The notes beneath the pieces were generated by a model. It made no database searches. It saw only the letters and a list, made by a program, of their open reading frames with translations, and had not been told where the DNA came from. A DNA stretch of 64,000 nt, taken from positions 30,106,274 through 30,170,273 of the forward strand of contig OZ037766.1 in assembly GCA_964035545.1 (NCBI GenBank), written 5' to 3'. The position numbers and the translations under genes are program-made. Position 1 is the stretch's first letter; every line of letters starts with the position of its first letter. Below are positions 44,204 through 62,203 of this stretch, in pieces. The DNA is from Bugula neritina. Lineage: Eukaryota; Animalia; Bryozoa.

Positions 44204-44370
44204 TTCTTCCAATTACTTTAGCTCCAGTCATCCTATAGCTATACTCATTCTATAGCACCAAGGATACAGCTGTACCAATTATAACAGATGCATCAATTAC
44301 TGCTGCATCAAACACTGACACGCTATAACTACACCAGCACAATACATATCAAAACCTCCAGCTGCTCTAT
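43951..44370 (+). pseudogene. Copy psi5, strongly decayed exon 2 of the secreted 6-Cys family
   Basis: tttag|CT TGC CAA GTA TGC TTA CGT ACA (CQVCLRT), a shortened basic segment, AQFCN, and Pro/Thr remnants interrupted by (TA)n at 44127-44200. Confidence 0.75.
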
Positions 44371-45214
44371 GCACTGCCTATAATGCAACTTATATATTTA
44401 TATGATCATCACAGCAACTACAACTAAAAAGTTAGATATAAAGATGAAAACAAATACATAGATCAATATTATAATTTATAATTAAACTTGAAAATATTGC
44501 ACTTGCTTTTATACTGCAAATCATACACACTGTATTGTTATGGTATAATCAGAGTTATGTCGGCACATATCTTGTTTTAGTGATTTTATTTTTTTTTTAA
44601 TTTAAACTATTATTTTTCATTAATATTTCAGATACAATAAAAAGCATTTTAAAAATTGCACGTGCATTTAATCTCACATCTTCTGCTATTAAACATTAAT
44701 ATAAATAGCATTACAGCTTTTAAATTAAGTTTGCTGCAATTATAATTAACCATCTTAACTCACATCATAAAAAGCAATTATTCACTGCATGTCATTGTGT
44801 TCAAATTTGCTACTATTCTTGTTTTAGCAACTTTACAGTTGTACTAAATTAAATAAAACATTTTTTTCTTTGACCAATACTTAAATGAAATGAAATTAAA
44901 GCGAGTAATCAATGTAAAAAATTCATGTAAAGTTTTTCTTTCAGTAAAAAGGGCTCGATTGAGGACTGCATGTGCTTCATCTGTGCCAATGTCTTTGGCT
45001 GTTTCACCACAGTGGTAAATGAGCATCAGACTCTACTTGTATTGCACGACAGTTGGTCAAAAGTGTTGAGAACGCAAAGTGAAAACCTAATATAATTTCT
45101 CCCGATCAATACGAAACTCAGGAATTGCAGTTAATTACATAATTTTTTAGCCTATCAGTATCGGTATAAAATGTCAAAACCACATTCTGTTATTGATGTT
45201 CAGAATGATTTATA

Positions 45215-45425
45215 GCAGCAGTAATCTAGGAGTTAGAGCGTTTGCTTTAATTAACACGAGGTCATGGGTTCGAGCCAGGACAAAGGCCTATATTAGTGAT
45301 GTTAAGAAAAACATCCATTAATATAAATATACTCTTGTGTCACAATTAAATAAGTCTTTTGCCTGCTTTAATAAGAAACCTTTCCAATTACAGGGGTTTC
45401 TCACAGGGATAGCGACTATAAAATT
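45215..45425 (+). mobile_element. tRNA-derived SINE, degenerate (second copy ~49530-49690)
   Basis: tRNA-like head with B box GGTTCGAGCC, then a GTGATGTTAAGAAAAACATCC body shared with the 49.5-kb copy. Confidence 0.6.
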
Positions 45426-45547
45426 GCCTGAGAGTAAGTTAGAAATGATTTATTAATGAATATGTTCTAATGTAGTACCAAATCACAAGTAAAAGCCGTG
45501 CATGCTATTATTCAAATACTAAAGAGACTACAAGTAAGTTGTATTTC

Positions 45548-47578
45548 CTAATCCGCAAATACCACATTCAATACTTCGCCTTCTGCTTCTTTGGAGAAAT
45601 CTACCTCCAGCTCAGTACCATGTCTACCCCTTGAGGTGTCCTGAAATAGCAACCACGATAAGATGACTCCAAAATATTATAATTATTTAGCATACAAACT
45701 GCGTTTATAGTACCCTTATGTGAGTTGTAAAATTATACACAGCATATGCATTACGTGTTTCAAGTGCATGGTACACTGAAAGTTAAACTAACTTTATAGA
45801 TATTCTTTCAGGTTTGCACGCTACGTTATTTTGTTGAACACATAATAGATATTTTAGGAAATCTGCCCTGATGAGTCATATGAGATATTGTTTACTTATA
45901 TAATATAGGTAATACATAGTATTATACCAGAGATTTTATTACCTTGATAAAAACTTTAATGCAATATTACATGGTCAGCATGTTGGCAGGATGAAATTTG
46001 CACAAGACAATTCTAATTAGCCACCAAATTGCAAAAATATTGTAGTTGAGTTTTGCCAAACATTAATCGGTGTGGCAGAAACTGAAATATTTTGAGTATA
46101 CTGGCAAATATCTGCATGTTGTCTATTTGGTATTCAGAAAAATTCACAAAAAATATTACGCGAAGGAAGCAATTATTTATTAATTGTGACTTTTTTGCAT
46201 TGAGACTTTGGTAATGATGTTGAAGTCCTAAGTTAAATAGCAAAAATGAATTCAATGCTCAGACACGAGTATACAAACAACTGAAATACTGTAAATGACG
46301 TCAATATTATATAAGGTCATTTTCAACATATAATATTATTATCCTTAATAGTTGTGCAATAGAGTTTAATAACTGCTATCAAATTTTCAACACTGCAACA
46401 TGCTGTAACATTATGAGAAAAATGTTTATGTATGCATAATACTATGAAAAGATTATAATGTTTACCGGTTCTGTACTTGTAACTCTATCTTTCTTGTTAT
46501 CTAAAGAATTTTCTATCTTAGAAATTTGTATTGCTAATCTTGCACTACTTTCTGATGGATAACTTTTTCTTCTCTTTTTGATCTATAATGGAAAGGAGCA
46601 TTAAAACTTATTAATATAAGTGATAAAATTTTGTTTGAGCAATTCAGTTTGAGTAATAACTTTTTGCGAGTCTATATATATAGCATGCATATACATATTA
46701 ACAGAAATTACATTAAACTTTAGAAATCTTCTAAACTACTTTTGCTTTATCATAAAAGCTAAAATAGGAAAGATTGTAAATAAAACTTGTAATTTCTTAC
46801 CTCTTCTTTTGTTGTTAATCCGTAGTGTAGATTTAACAACTTGTTTTTTGCATATGTATTCAGTTTATCCGATTTTGTAATAATCAATTGCAAAAGTTCA
46901 ACTTTCTCGGAATAAGTTTTTCCTTTAAGAATGCTTGAGATGTCGATATTTTGATGTTCTATCAGCCTGCTAAAAAATTATATTCTTTGTAAATTTCTTT
47001 ACAATCAACAATTAGATTAATAATTAATAATACACAGACACATAAACATGCACAAATATATAAGACATTTACTCACCGTGCTTTATTTGCTTTACAAAGT
47101 TTTTCTATAGATCTTTTCTTGCAGTGAATAAATATTTCAATACCACAAATCACAGCAATCAATGGAATAAGGAAACCTGGGGAAAGTGAACATATAGGTA
47201 CAGCATCACTAATCACAGCTACATTATATAATATATGAGTTTACATCAGCAAACAAAAAATGTTCTAATGAGACCTGCAGTGCGTGTGCGTGTGCGTGTG
47301 CGTGTGCGTGTGTGTGCATGCTTGTGTCCGTGTCCGTGTGCGTGTTCGTGTCCGTGTCCGTGTGCGTGTGTGCATGTGTGTGTGTGTATGTATAAACTAT
47401 ATGCATGCTATAGAGGAAGACTATTTTTCTTTCTTGTTATTGATAGCAAACCTTATTTTAAATACAGTATGACTATTATAGTAGCTAGAAATAGTGAAAT
47501 ATACTCACAGATGAGTGTGAACATCATGATGGCGACGTCACTCGGGATTGCCAAGATACCATAATCTATGTCAGACAT
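45548..47578 (-). CDS. Uncharacterised single-pass membrane protein, paralogue M1 (181 aa, 5 exons)
   Basis: Exons 47578-47509, 47176-47077, 46966-46801, 46582-46466 and 45640-45548. All introns are GT-AG with phases 1,2,0,0 and the frame stays open: MSDIDYGILAIPSDVAIMMFTLICFLIPLIAVICGIEIFIHCKKR...TYAKNKLLNLHYGLTTKEE...ISKIENSLDNKK...DFSKEAEGEVLNVVFAD*. Confidence 0.85.
47281..47386. repeat. Mixed (TGCGTG)/(TG)n microsatellite in M1 intron 1
   Basis: Directly visible. Confidence 0.9.
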
Positions 47579-48493
47579 GTTCAGGCAAGTCTCAAAAGTG
47601 TTATAAGAGCTGTATCAGTATAACAGCTATCAAATTTTGTTCTAGTGTATTTTTATTAAGAAAAACAATCAAAACACTTAAAGTAAAAAATGCTCAACTC
47701 ATTTATTTTTTGGAGGAATAGGCTAATTAGTTAGGATTTGTTTTAAATAACATTTATATTCAACAAACAGAAACTTAATCAATTATGTGCATGCGCTGTG
47801 CCAAACAATAAATAGCAGCAAATTTTCATACAATATTTCTACATAGTAAATATAGCCATGAAAATTATCTATGCTCTATTAAAGTATTATAGACTGCATA
47901 TATCAAGTCTTTAAGAAAAACCAACGAAACATTTAGTTTTTCAAGTTTTATCTAAAGAGTCTGTGATTCTTTGATTTTGCTATAATTACACCATTTCAAA
48001 AATAGAATAGACAATGTTATTAATTTATAACTTAAGGTTGAATGGCAGCATAATTGTGGAAATCAAGTTTTCCTTAAAATTATCCTTTATAGTTATAAAT
48101 TTCTCTTCCAGATGTAATATAAGTTGAAGTGGCTATAAAATTACTATTTTTCTATTTGTTTTTTGACATATTTTATTACAGGTAAGTTAGCCCATTCAAT
48201 AAAAACTATAATGTCTCAATATTCTTATATTATTTGCTTTTTCACAAATTTTAATATACATGTATTTTCAATCAATATAGCAGAATTTTTATTAATAAAT
48301 ATAAACTGAAGTTCTAAATGTTTAAGGCTGAGTATAAGTATCAAATAAAGCAAATAAGAAAAATAATTTGTTTCACTGTATAATTCACTGCTTTGCTGCA
48401 TATATATAAGTTAAAATCAACCAATCACGATATACTACTAAAGAAACTAGGTCAGCTTTTCTTGCAACAAAGTTGGATCCCATGAATATCAGA

Positions 48494-51081
<2,588 letters not shown>

Positions 51082-53047
51082 TTTCTTTATAACTTTTACA
51101 CCTTTTAAATATAAATTCAGAATACATTCATACTAGCCAGTAAAGCAGGTATAAAGCTTTTTACAATCGGAAACTAAGAGACAAGTATTACATTTAAATA
51201 AAAGCCTACATTTTTTTTCAATAATCAGTACCAGAAAGTGAACAAAAATGATTGTAACTATAATAATACATGCAGCTACCCATTGAAAACACTAGCTATT
51301 ATACACATTTTAACTTGCACTTGCCCTAAATCTTATTTTCAAGCTTATGTCAAAGCAGTTTATTACAAATAAAGACAAAATATTAGTTGAGTTATATGTA
51401 TATAAATGAATAACATTTCATAAGAAAAATTCCTATACACTTATGGTAATTTCTTTTAGCAAACGTTTGTTATAAAATCCACCAGCACAAAAATAAATAT
51501 TATAGAATATAAGTGGGCTTACCTAAGAATGACTGTATGCTAAATTAAAATATATTATATCAATTTTTATTGTTCAGTATTTCCAAGAGGAAAGTGATAA
51601 TATGTATTAAAGCAATTTGTGTTGAAATTTTGTTAGCATGCTCAGAAAAACAAAACAAAACTTTGTAATATAATAAAGAAAGTTAAATTATAATGCAGTG
51701 CAACAATTATTTAAACAATATCAACTTTGTGATTAACAATAGTGCAAGAAAAGTTTAAATTTACAATAAATTACACTTTCATAGCATTGTTCTCGCTATC
51801 AAAAACCAAAGCTTAGGGTTCAGTTTTATTCTAACTTGTATTTATATAAAAAAATACATGAACCGTAAGGATTAATAAAAAATTAGCAGTATGAAAGACC
51901 TTGAATAGTTTATAGTTATTTTCAAGATTTACCTATCAACAAATTATTTTTTCATCCCATCATAAAATGTAGTTTAAAACATATCCATATGTCATCATAG
52001 ATTGTGGGCAGGATATGATAGGTATATTATACTCATATGTGAATGAGCTCAAGTAGATAATACCAATACTAAGAGTTATGTTCTCAACTCTATACAAGTA
52101 TTGAATTTCATAACTATATATATATACTGTCCAACAATGTCAATTACTATTATATATGTGTGCATAAATATGACTAGCACCACCAAACATTTTAAACTAA
52201 ACGCGTATTATAGCATTATAAATTTCATCTGTAATTATAGAGTGCAGCGAAATGTGGGCATATGACTTGATTATATTAAAATATATCTATGCCTATGAAA
52301 ATTGTATCATAATTGCATTACAATTACATGTATTTAGTTTGAAAAAATGTTTGTAACAATTGTGCAGATGATATGCTAATTTTGATTGCACTAAAACATG
52401 TTAATTAACCATGTCAAGAGCTAGTGTAGATCAAGTCATCATACTAATTTGTTTTGTGCATGTTCATTATTTATCTTCCTAGTATTTTATCAACTCTTTA
52501 AAATGCTTGTACACAATAGAAAAAAAGTTTTTTGAGTTATTAGGTTATAATGTTTTTTCTTGTTGCTTTCCTCAATTATATTCAATTTTCTAAGCATATT
52601 ACCAGAATAAATTTAGGTTGTAAGCCCAGGTTTGTCAATAAGTAAAAAAAACTTTATCCGTAGCTAAAATGCACTGAAAATTTAAATTTAAATTAAAAAA
52701 CTAGTAAAAAATCTGTAAAATATACTCTAAAGATATAAAAGGGCTGTTGACAGGAATTAAAAAGATTAGCTTTTTCTACTGGCAGCTAATTAACCATTCT
52801 TAGTTATTAAATAATCTCAAAGGAGAGGACCAGTAATAAACAAAAAATAAAATTTTATTTATTACTTAGAAATTGAAAATTATTAGCTTTTTATGCAAAT
52901 AAAAAATTTTATGTGTTAAATTATAGTGGCCTATACATCAGGAAATCCTAAATAGCAATATTAATATTGAAAAATTGCAAGTAGCTTTAAACTAATGAAA
53001 TTCTTTTTATGGTAATAGAAAAAAACTTAACACCTTGTAAACAAAAC

Positions 53048-53427
<380 letters not shown>

Positions 53428-53503
53428 ATATAATATATATATATAAATTTATTATAAATAGATATGGGAGAAAAAATTTATTTCCATTACTTCATTAATA
53501 TAT

Positions 53504-53960
<457 letters not shown>

Positions 53961-54197
53961 CTATATATATGCCGATTGAAAAATAATGCCAGTAAATAAA
54001 AAATAAATAGCTCGTTGCTAAACTTATTACAATAATTTTGGTTTTAATTTGTTTTGTCTAAAGAGCCTAAACATTTCACCAATTTTTGAACTATTTTTAA
54101 CTCAATCTAGTAGCAAAGCTCACAAACATAACAATTACATTATTCTGCCATTTTTTAAAATTACCTCTGCTTACCAGATTGCATCTTTAGAACTTAC

Positions 54198-54295
54198 ACA
54201 GAGAGATTGAAAAACAAAAAGCTGCTCTGCTTTTCTGAAAATACAAATACTACTGCTATGCTCAATACAAATGCCATCAGAATTCCAATTCTTAT
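54198..54295 (-). pseudogene. Copy psi6: orphan signal-peptide exon of the secreted family, inverted
   Basis: Minus strand CTCAAG-ATA(ex ATG)-AGAATTGGAATTCTGATGGCATTTGTATTGAGC...CTCTGT|gtaag. It is 98 nt, 1 nt longer than intact exons. No exon 2 was seen downstream. Confidence 0.8.
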
Positions 54296-54299
54296 CTTG

Positions 54300-56150
54300 A
54301 GTTTTTTTTCTAGAAAATATTTATTTTATTAGAAAACCGGAGATTAATTTTTGAGTTTAGTAAATCCATAAATAAATAAAAGTTACAAAAATAATGGTCA
54401 TTTAGAAAAGACCTTACATAAAACTGTTGATTTTACAGTTTTGCTACTTTCAGTGAACTAATGTAATTTCTTTGTTTATAATTGTCTGTTTTTACGCATT
54501 AAATACTTAAATGAAATACACTTATGGTATTTAATCCTAATTTTAACTGGTTTAGTTAGATTAAGTTTAACCTATGGATATATGTCAGGTGGGTAAGATT
54601 TATTGATTCCATAAAAAGTGACGGAGTCAACAAACTAGTAATGATTAGATGTTGCAGCTTAAAGTACTACTTTGATAAGCGTAGCTATTCCGTCTTTAAT
54701 GATGGCAAATTGGCAGTTTTTTGAGTTTGTTTTAATATTCCATGCCAGTGGAGCGCTGTTTGTCACTTCAATTATGTTCTTGTTCAAACTAAACAAAGAT
54801 TTATGCTCTGCATTATAAAATGGCCCAGATGTGAAAATTGAAGCACTAAGTTCTGCAGCAAATGTAAAGGAATTGTAGTGAAAATAAAGAGCATGATGAC
54901 TTTATCAATTCTTTCATTTAATCTAAAATATTAAATTTTCATTTCTAAGGAGAAATCATCAATTTATTTTTTGTTTTGTATTTATCATTTGGCCTTCAAT
55001 TAATAAAAAGCCTTTTAGTCTATGCAAGTTACAAGTAGATTTCTAAAACATGTTTGACTTTGTTGTCTCAATTACTATACAGCATGTTATTGCCCTATTT
55101 TTATTTTTGCAGAATTTTTCCCTCTTTAAATGTTTACAGCAACAACTAGAATAGAAAAGTTGTCCAGTAACTCATATTGTTAAAGCTTTCAACCTACACA
55201 GTATCTCAAAGCCACTCCTTGATAATTTAAGCTACGTTTACACTTTGTTAAATTTTTATATTTATAAAAGTGACAGCTTAATAGTTATTAGCATTAAGAT
55301 ACATTCATTATATACTAAAAATTAAATAATACCCTCCATGAGGTTTTCATACCATGGGAAGCTTATTTTTTTATCTGTAATAAATCAAAACATTAAGTAG
55401 GAAGTATTATTTATAGCTCTGTTAACCCACAGATTTTTAAAAATGTGGAAGACTCGACTCTAAAAAGTGTCTGGAGGGCTGCAAGATGTTAACAAAATAA
55501 TAGTCTTATACAATCTCTATAATTGGTAAAGTTATTTTGTAACAGAAGAATCACAATAGTTTCAGATATTATAGCATAACGTTATCTATCATGTCCTCAA
55601 CATTTTCAATTTAGGTCGCTGCAAGTCAACACAAACGTTTTTATATATGTATTGTAGCTTTTGATTTTTTCTTTGAAAAACTATTTAAGATAAACTGAAA
55701 CTAAAACATGTCATATAACATAATAGTTTTATTTTAACTGGTTTAAGTAACAACTTCTGTTTATAATCTTTATTAAATCTGCAGAACCCAATTTATATCT
55801 GATAACATATGAAAGGAGGTGGTTAGGCAATATATAACACTTACTGTCAATAACACGTGCCATCATTCTGTTTAATCACATATTAAAGGAATCTGATCTT
55901 TTTTCTGTCATAATGAAGTATTCCTTTCGACCATTTCAAGTCAACAGCAAATTGCAAATATTGTATTATAATTATGGCAAAAGCAAATTACAATTTTTGT
56001 TGAAAGTTTCATCTTAATCAATCTTATAGTATAAAGTGGACACAAAAATCATAGTAAAGCTGTGTTAGCTAAAGTCTTTGATAACACAATAATTTATTTA
56101 GGTAACCTTTCTATTTTGACAGTTGGTGAATTAGCCTAAAATGTTAGCAA
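54300..56150 (-). repeat. Inverted duplicate of the G8 upstream region (~57485-58500, ~60550-61060, ~61805-62200)
   Basis: Reverse-complement colinear homology in several blocks. Confidence 0.75.
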
Positions 56151-57280
56151 AATAATATAAACAATGAAAACATAATACGTGGTAACTAAAACACACTATT
56201 GTGTACATAGCACTTGTGAAGAAATACATAAGCAGCAATTTGTTCTCCAGTTCTCAGCATATTGAAATATTTTTGCTGACACATGAAGAGTTTGTAAGTA
56301 TGTTCACCAATAATTCAAATATGACAACTTGAAACATCCTATTTATAGTGACAGATGAAAAAGCTAGTCTTAATTTGAGCTCAATTTAATAGAGATCAGA
56401 AAAAGAAGAGTTGAAGGTGCACAGATTGAAGTGCATATATGCATGAATGTATATTTGCACACGTATAATTATCAATGTTTGTGTTATCCTGTGTTATCAG
56501 TAAAGATGCTCTCTCTAAAACTTAAATCCAAACTTGTTTTATTATGTACAGATTAGATAACTTCTCTATATAAAGCATCCAAATAGCTGCCGTTTAAATG
56601 ATTTACCATTATAAGTTCATTCTCATTCATTCTTATATAAATATAAATAGATGAGTAATAGTTATACATTCTGTTCCCCACTGATCCAGATTTATTAGCT
56701 CCCTTCATTATGTAATAAAAATTGGCGGAGAAGCAAAATGGTAAATAACGTTTAGCGAGGGTGAACTTGTTGAAATGAAAAAGTCATATTTTATATTAGG
56801 TACAATTACAAGTTCTATTTTTACTGGCATACTTTAGTTTTCCATGACTGCATGTACAACATGGAAAGACCAAATACTTAATTCAAAAGTTTGGTAGATT
56901 GCTGGTCAATCTTTATATATAATTTTACTTGTAGCATATTGTACAAATTTATATTTGACCAGTTGTGTATAAATAGCAAATTTTTCTGAAGCAAACGAAA
57001 ACTCAAAATAAAAATTTGCTGGATTGTATATCGGGGAAGAGAGGATACTATATGTGCACATATTATATCAATGGAACAGGATGATTCAAAAATATGTTTG
57101 ATATATTTGAAAACAGTCCACTACCATTTCTTTCTAAATAATTAGGTGCTTTTTTTAAAGATATATATTAGTGAAATTGTGCAGTAACCAAAGTTCAGAC
57201 GGATGTGTCGTGTGATTCTATAAACGGTTCGATTTTCATGTTATCAGTACAACAATAAAAAACCGTATAGGCGCAAATAT

Positions 57281-57486
<206 letters not shown>

Positions 57487-57694
57487 TTTGCTAACATTCA
57501 CCCTTAGTTAAAATTGAAAGGTTATCTATAAATATATTTTGTCATCAAAAACTTTAGCTATTACAGCTGGACTATAATTTTTGCGTTAACTTTTTCCAAG
57601 ATTGATTAAGATGAAACTTTCAACAGCAATTTTAGTTTGCTTTTGCCAGAATTATAATTAAATATCTGCTATTTCCTTTTGACTTGAAATATAT

Positions 57695-58115
57695 GGGTCA
57701 TTTTACTTAATTTAGTGCATATTCTAAATATCTTCAGTTTTTAGCTAATTTTTACAACTTATAGCTGCTAATTTATACAGGTGCTTGCCCAAAAACAATA
57801 CAATATTAATAAATACAACTATAAAATAATCAAGGTCTTTTCAATTTTTGCCTAATCTCTTTTGTTTTTTTTTAATTATTTACCTAATTTGATTTGCGGA
57901 CTATCATGGTTTGTTCGTGACGATCCGTAAATTCAAAGTAAGTAACTAAAAGATTTGGGAAATCAAGCGAAATTAAAAAATCTTTGATTATTTAGTTGTA
58001 TTTGTTGATATTTTATTAGTTTTGGACAAGAACCCATATACATTAACAGCTAAGTTCTAAAAAATAGCCTAAAACTGAAAAATTTGATTGTGTACTAAAT
58101 TAAGTAAAATGACAC
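57695..58115. mobile_element. MITE with long TIRs, same family as 26789-27215
   Basis: GGGTCATTTTACTTAATTTAGTG ... TACTAAATTAAGTAAAATGACAC, with flanks ATAT and GTAT. Absent from the inverted paralogue near 55930. Confidence 0.72.
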
Positions 58116-59558
58116 GTATGAAAGGAATAATTCATTATGAGGGAGAAAAGATTAGACTCCTTCAATGTGTGATTAACTATAAGATTAGTGGCACGTGTTT
58201 TTGACAGTAAGAGTTTTATATTGCCCAACTACCTCTTTCCACAATATGTTATCGGAAATAAATTGAGTTCTTGATTAAATAAAGATTATGAACAGAAGTT
58301 TTTTAATGATTAAATCAGTTAAAATTAAACTATTATGTTATGTGACATGTTTTAGTCTCAGTTTATCTTAAATAATTTTTCAAATAAAATCGAAAGCTAT
58401 ATAGCCTACACATATAAAACGTATGGGTTATCTTGTAGTGACCTAATTCAAAGGTGTTGAAGAACTAATAGATAGCATTACGTCATTGTGATTCTGTTGT
58501 TTCCAAGTGCCTTTACTACTTAGATAGTGCGTAAGGCTATTATATATAATTGTGCACCAACTGTTGTACAGATAAAGTGTTACATCATAGATTGATTTCC
58601 TGCATGTGAACTAGAGTCTACTTTGTTTCTCATTTATACCTTTGTACAATAGCACCTTCTATCATGGAGCTAAGTTTTTAAGATTTAATTTTACTTTTCC
58701 TTACAGCAATTGATATGCCTTAATTTTCAACATGAAGTAAACTCTGGTATAGCGCAGCACTGTATTGTAAGCATTCCAGGGGGTTTTAAATAACATAAAT
58801 GCTATTTAGGCTGTTTAAAGTTCAAAACTGCATTAAAGAACATTATAAATATACTTGTATATAGCCATTAGCGCATTGTATTGTTTACTATTTACTTATA
58901 TTTTCATTTTGCTAAAAGTATCATATGTAATGTATCTCACATAAGTCATGATAATTCAATAGTTTTTGTTTTAAGTATTCCTGAATAGAGATTATTAAAC
59001 TATTTTGTAAGTAGAACAATTATAGAAAACTTTTATGGTTCCATATTAAAACTTTGTTTTGTTGCAGCTATATTTAGCAGTTCACTCTCCACTTGTGGTT
59101 GCATATATCCCAATAACTATAAAACTGCAATCTCTATACACTTTACAGGTACTTTCATATATAACTTATTTTATCTATCACGGAGAAGTAATTTTCTATA
59201 TCAAAATAATAATAAGTTCCAGCAACTAATCTGATATGCACTTCTTATGGAATCAATAAATCAGATTCACTCAAATTTGTCACTTTTTTAAAATTATTCT
59301 CACTTAAACATTTAAAGTTAAGATAAAGGGTTTGCGAGTTTAATTACTTTGAGTATCCGGGTATAAAAAGGCCCGATTATAAAAACAGAAACTATAGTTT
59401 ATTGAAAGCAGCAAAGGCACAACATCAAAAACTTCAAGGTGAAGAATGCTTTTCTTGATAATTAGTATATTTGTAGTTTTCATATTCAAAAATTAATAAA
59501 ATATAACAAACTTGATCTCTACTTATATACTTATAAAAACTTTTTGTAGAAACTGAAG

Positions 59559-60276
59559 ATGAGAACTTGGATCTTGATAGCATTTGTATTGAGTGTTATA
59601 GCAGTCGTATTTGTCTCTTAGCAAAACCAAGCAGACTTTTCCTCTGCAGTATCTCTGCGTAAGTTATAGCTTAACTATTTATAATCATATGCTACTTTGG
59701 TAAAATTTGTTATTAGATTGCCGTAAAGTGATAGTCAAGCGATTGGTCAAACTTCTATCTTTTTTTTAAGCAAAAGAAATTAAAAAACAAAATTATCTGA
59801 ATGTTTTAATTGAAGCTATTTGCTTTGATTTTTCTAGCATTAGCAAATTTTTTTGCTGTTTTGTATTTATTGGCTTATTGAAAAAAATATATTCAAAATT
59901 ATGATTACTAATAAAAATAATATAGTAAACTAAATTTTGATATCTATGATGGAACTGCATTTAGAGGCCAAAAGTTAATTATATACTTCACATCATTTCT
60001 ATGACCAAAGTTCGATTTTTCTTTTCAGCATGCCAAGCCTGTCTACGCACTCGTACTCAAGCATGTCTTCAGCGCTTAGGAGGAGGTAGGGGAGGTAGAG
60101 GAGGTAGAGGTGGGAGGAGAGGAAATAGAAGGGGGGGGCAGAACAGGTAAAAGAAGAGAGGGCAGATCTGGAAGGAGAAGTAGCCGAAGACAACAAAGAA
60201 AAGATGGAAGAAAAGCTAGAAGAAGAGGTCTTGTGAACAAAGCTCAAATCTGCAATGCAGAAGCAGGAATACTCTC
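59559..60276 (+). pseudogene. Copy psi7 of the secreted 6-Cys family
   Basis: Exon 59559-59658 has an in-frame TAG at 59619-21. Exon 2 from 60029 has a +1 frameshift in a G run and is truncated after CNAEAGIL, so the tail is missing. Confidence 0.88.
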
Positions 60277-61059
60277 TAGAATTAAGTCTTCAACAACATT
60301 TTCTAAAAATATGTGGGTTAGTAGAGTTATAAATAATACTTCCTACTTAATGTTTTGATTTATTACAGATTAAAATGTATATAATCTTTATGGTATAAAA
60401 ATCTCATGAAAGGTATTATTTCATTCTTACAAAAATTAATGTATCTTTGCTAATAATTAAGCTGTCATTTTTATAGATATAGAAATTTAATCAAGTGTAA
60501 AGGTAGCTAAAAATATATCAAAGAGTGGCTTTGGGATACTATGAGGGTTGAAGCTCTGACAATATGAGTTACTGCGGACAACTTTTCTATTCTAATTGTT
60601 GCTGTATACATTTGAAAACGGAAAAATTTTACAAAAATAAAAACAGGGCAATAACATGCCGTGTACTAATTGAGACAACAAAGTCATTTATGTTTTAGAA
60701 ATCTACTTTATATATAACTTGTATATACTAAGAGGGTTTTTATTAATTAAAGATTATATGATAAACTATATCAACAAAAAATCTATCTATCATTTCTCCT
60801 TGGAGGTAAGACTTTATTTTTTTCAGATCAAATGAAACAATTAATAATAGTTATCATGCCCTTTTGTAGATCATTTTTACTACAATTCCTATATCAATAC
60901 AGAACTACATATATAAGTACTTCAATTTTCAGATCTGGGTTACTTTAGAATTCAGAGGATAAGACCTTGTCCATTTAAAACAAAAACATAATTAAGATGA
61001 CTGACAGTTCTTCGCTGACATAGTAAATCAAAAAACCTGAAAAATTGCCAATTCACCAA

Positions 61060-61803
61060 TGGATGATGCCGGTGAAACCTTGAAGTCCACTACATATAGA
61101 CCATGCTATAAATCTCATGGGAACCAATTGGTTGGTACTTGTGGATGCATATACCAAATATCCTTGCATTCATCCCACAAGTTCTATGTCAACCAAGGCA
61201 AAAACAGACTCACTGAAAATAAACTTCACTCATTTTGGATGCCCGCAATACCATAGTCACTGACAATAGACCAAGCTTTACATCTGCATGAGGAGTTTAA
61301 AAATTGTGCAAAGACAGAGGAGATAGATACACCTGAGAGGAGCATATTATTACTACCAATGGAGCAGCAGAATGACTATAGTAGAATCTTTCAAGCAACC
61401 ACTAACGAAGTTTGCACCATCATCTAGAGAAGCCCTGAAGGAATTCTAGATGCAATACAGGAAAAGACCCTTGTCTAATGAACTCTCACCAAGCTAAACA
61501 CATAGTGAACGCCAGATCCGAACGAAACTATAGATGCATTACTAACATCACCAGCCCATCTTGATTAAAAAAAAACAAATGCAAGAAAAAAGGAGGATTA
61601 GGAAACTACACAGCTACTGCACTGTAAGCACACATTGCTACGCTCTATAGTGTCTATAAAATTCCGAGGAAAAGGTTAGTTGCATGTGATTGATCTTATG
61701 ATTTTGTTAAAAAGCTTTTTGGAATAATGAGAAGTATGCTTGTGAGCCGGAAATGTTTAGATAGAAAGCAGCCACATTCCATATCTGAACAAGTTTGATT
61801 AAT
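61060..61803 (+). mobile_element. Old insertion, possibly the 3' part of a Penelope-like element (GIY-YIG remnant)
   Basis: Absent from the inverted paralogue near 54695. GCIYQI...KFYVNQGK resembles the GIY-YIG motif. Heavily decayed. Confidence 0.4.
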
Positions 61804-62203
61804 TGCTGAAGAATGAATAGCTATGCTTATCAAAGTTGTACTAAGCTGCAACATCTAATCAGTACTAGTCTATTGACCCCATCATTCCCTTGGAATCAAT
61901 AAATCATACTCACCTGACATATAGCCACAGTTTAAACTTAACGTAATCTTATTCAACCAATTAAAATTGAAATTAAAGACCATAAGTGTAAAAAATTTAT
62001 TGCATAAAAACAGTAATAACCAAAGAAACTACATTAGTTTACTGAGAGACGCAAAGCTTTAAAGTCAAAATTTTTAGGTGTGTAAGTTTGTTTCCTAACG
62101 ACTATTCTTTTTGTAATTTTTATTTATTCATGGATTTACTAAACTCAAAATTTAAATCCATGGGCTTATACTATAATACATATTTATAGAAACAAAACTC
62201 AAG

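Noticed and set aside
45868-45895. CTGATGAGTC as a hammerhead core
   Set aside because: The downstream GAAAC and pairing stems are missing.
61055-61092. GGATGATGCCGGTGAAAC...GTC as a hammerhead
   Set aside because: The core is mutated and stem II is too short; at best a decayed relic.
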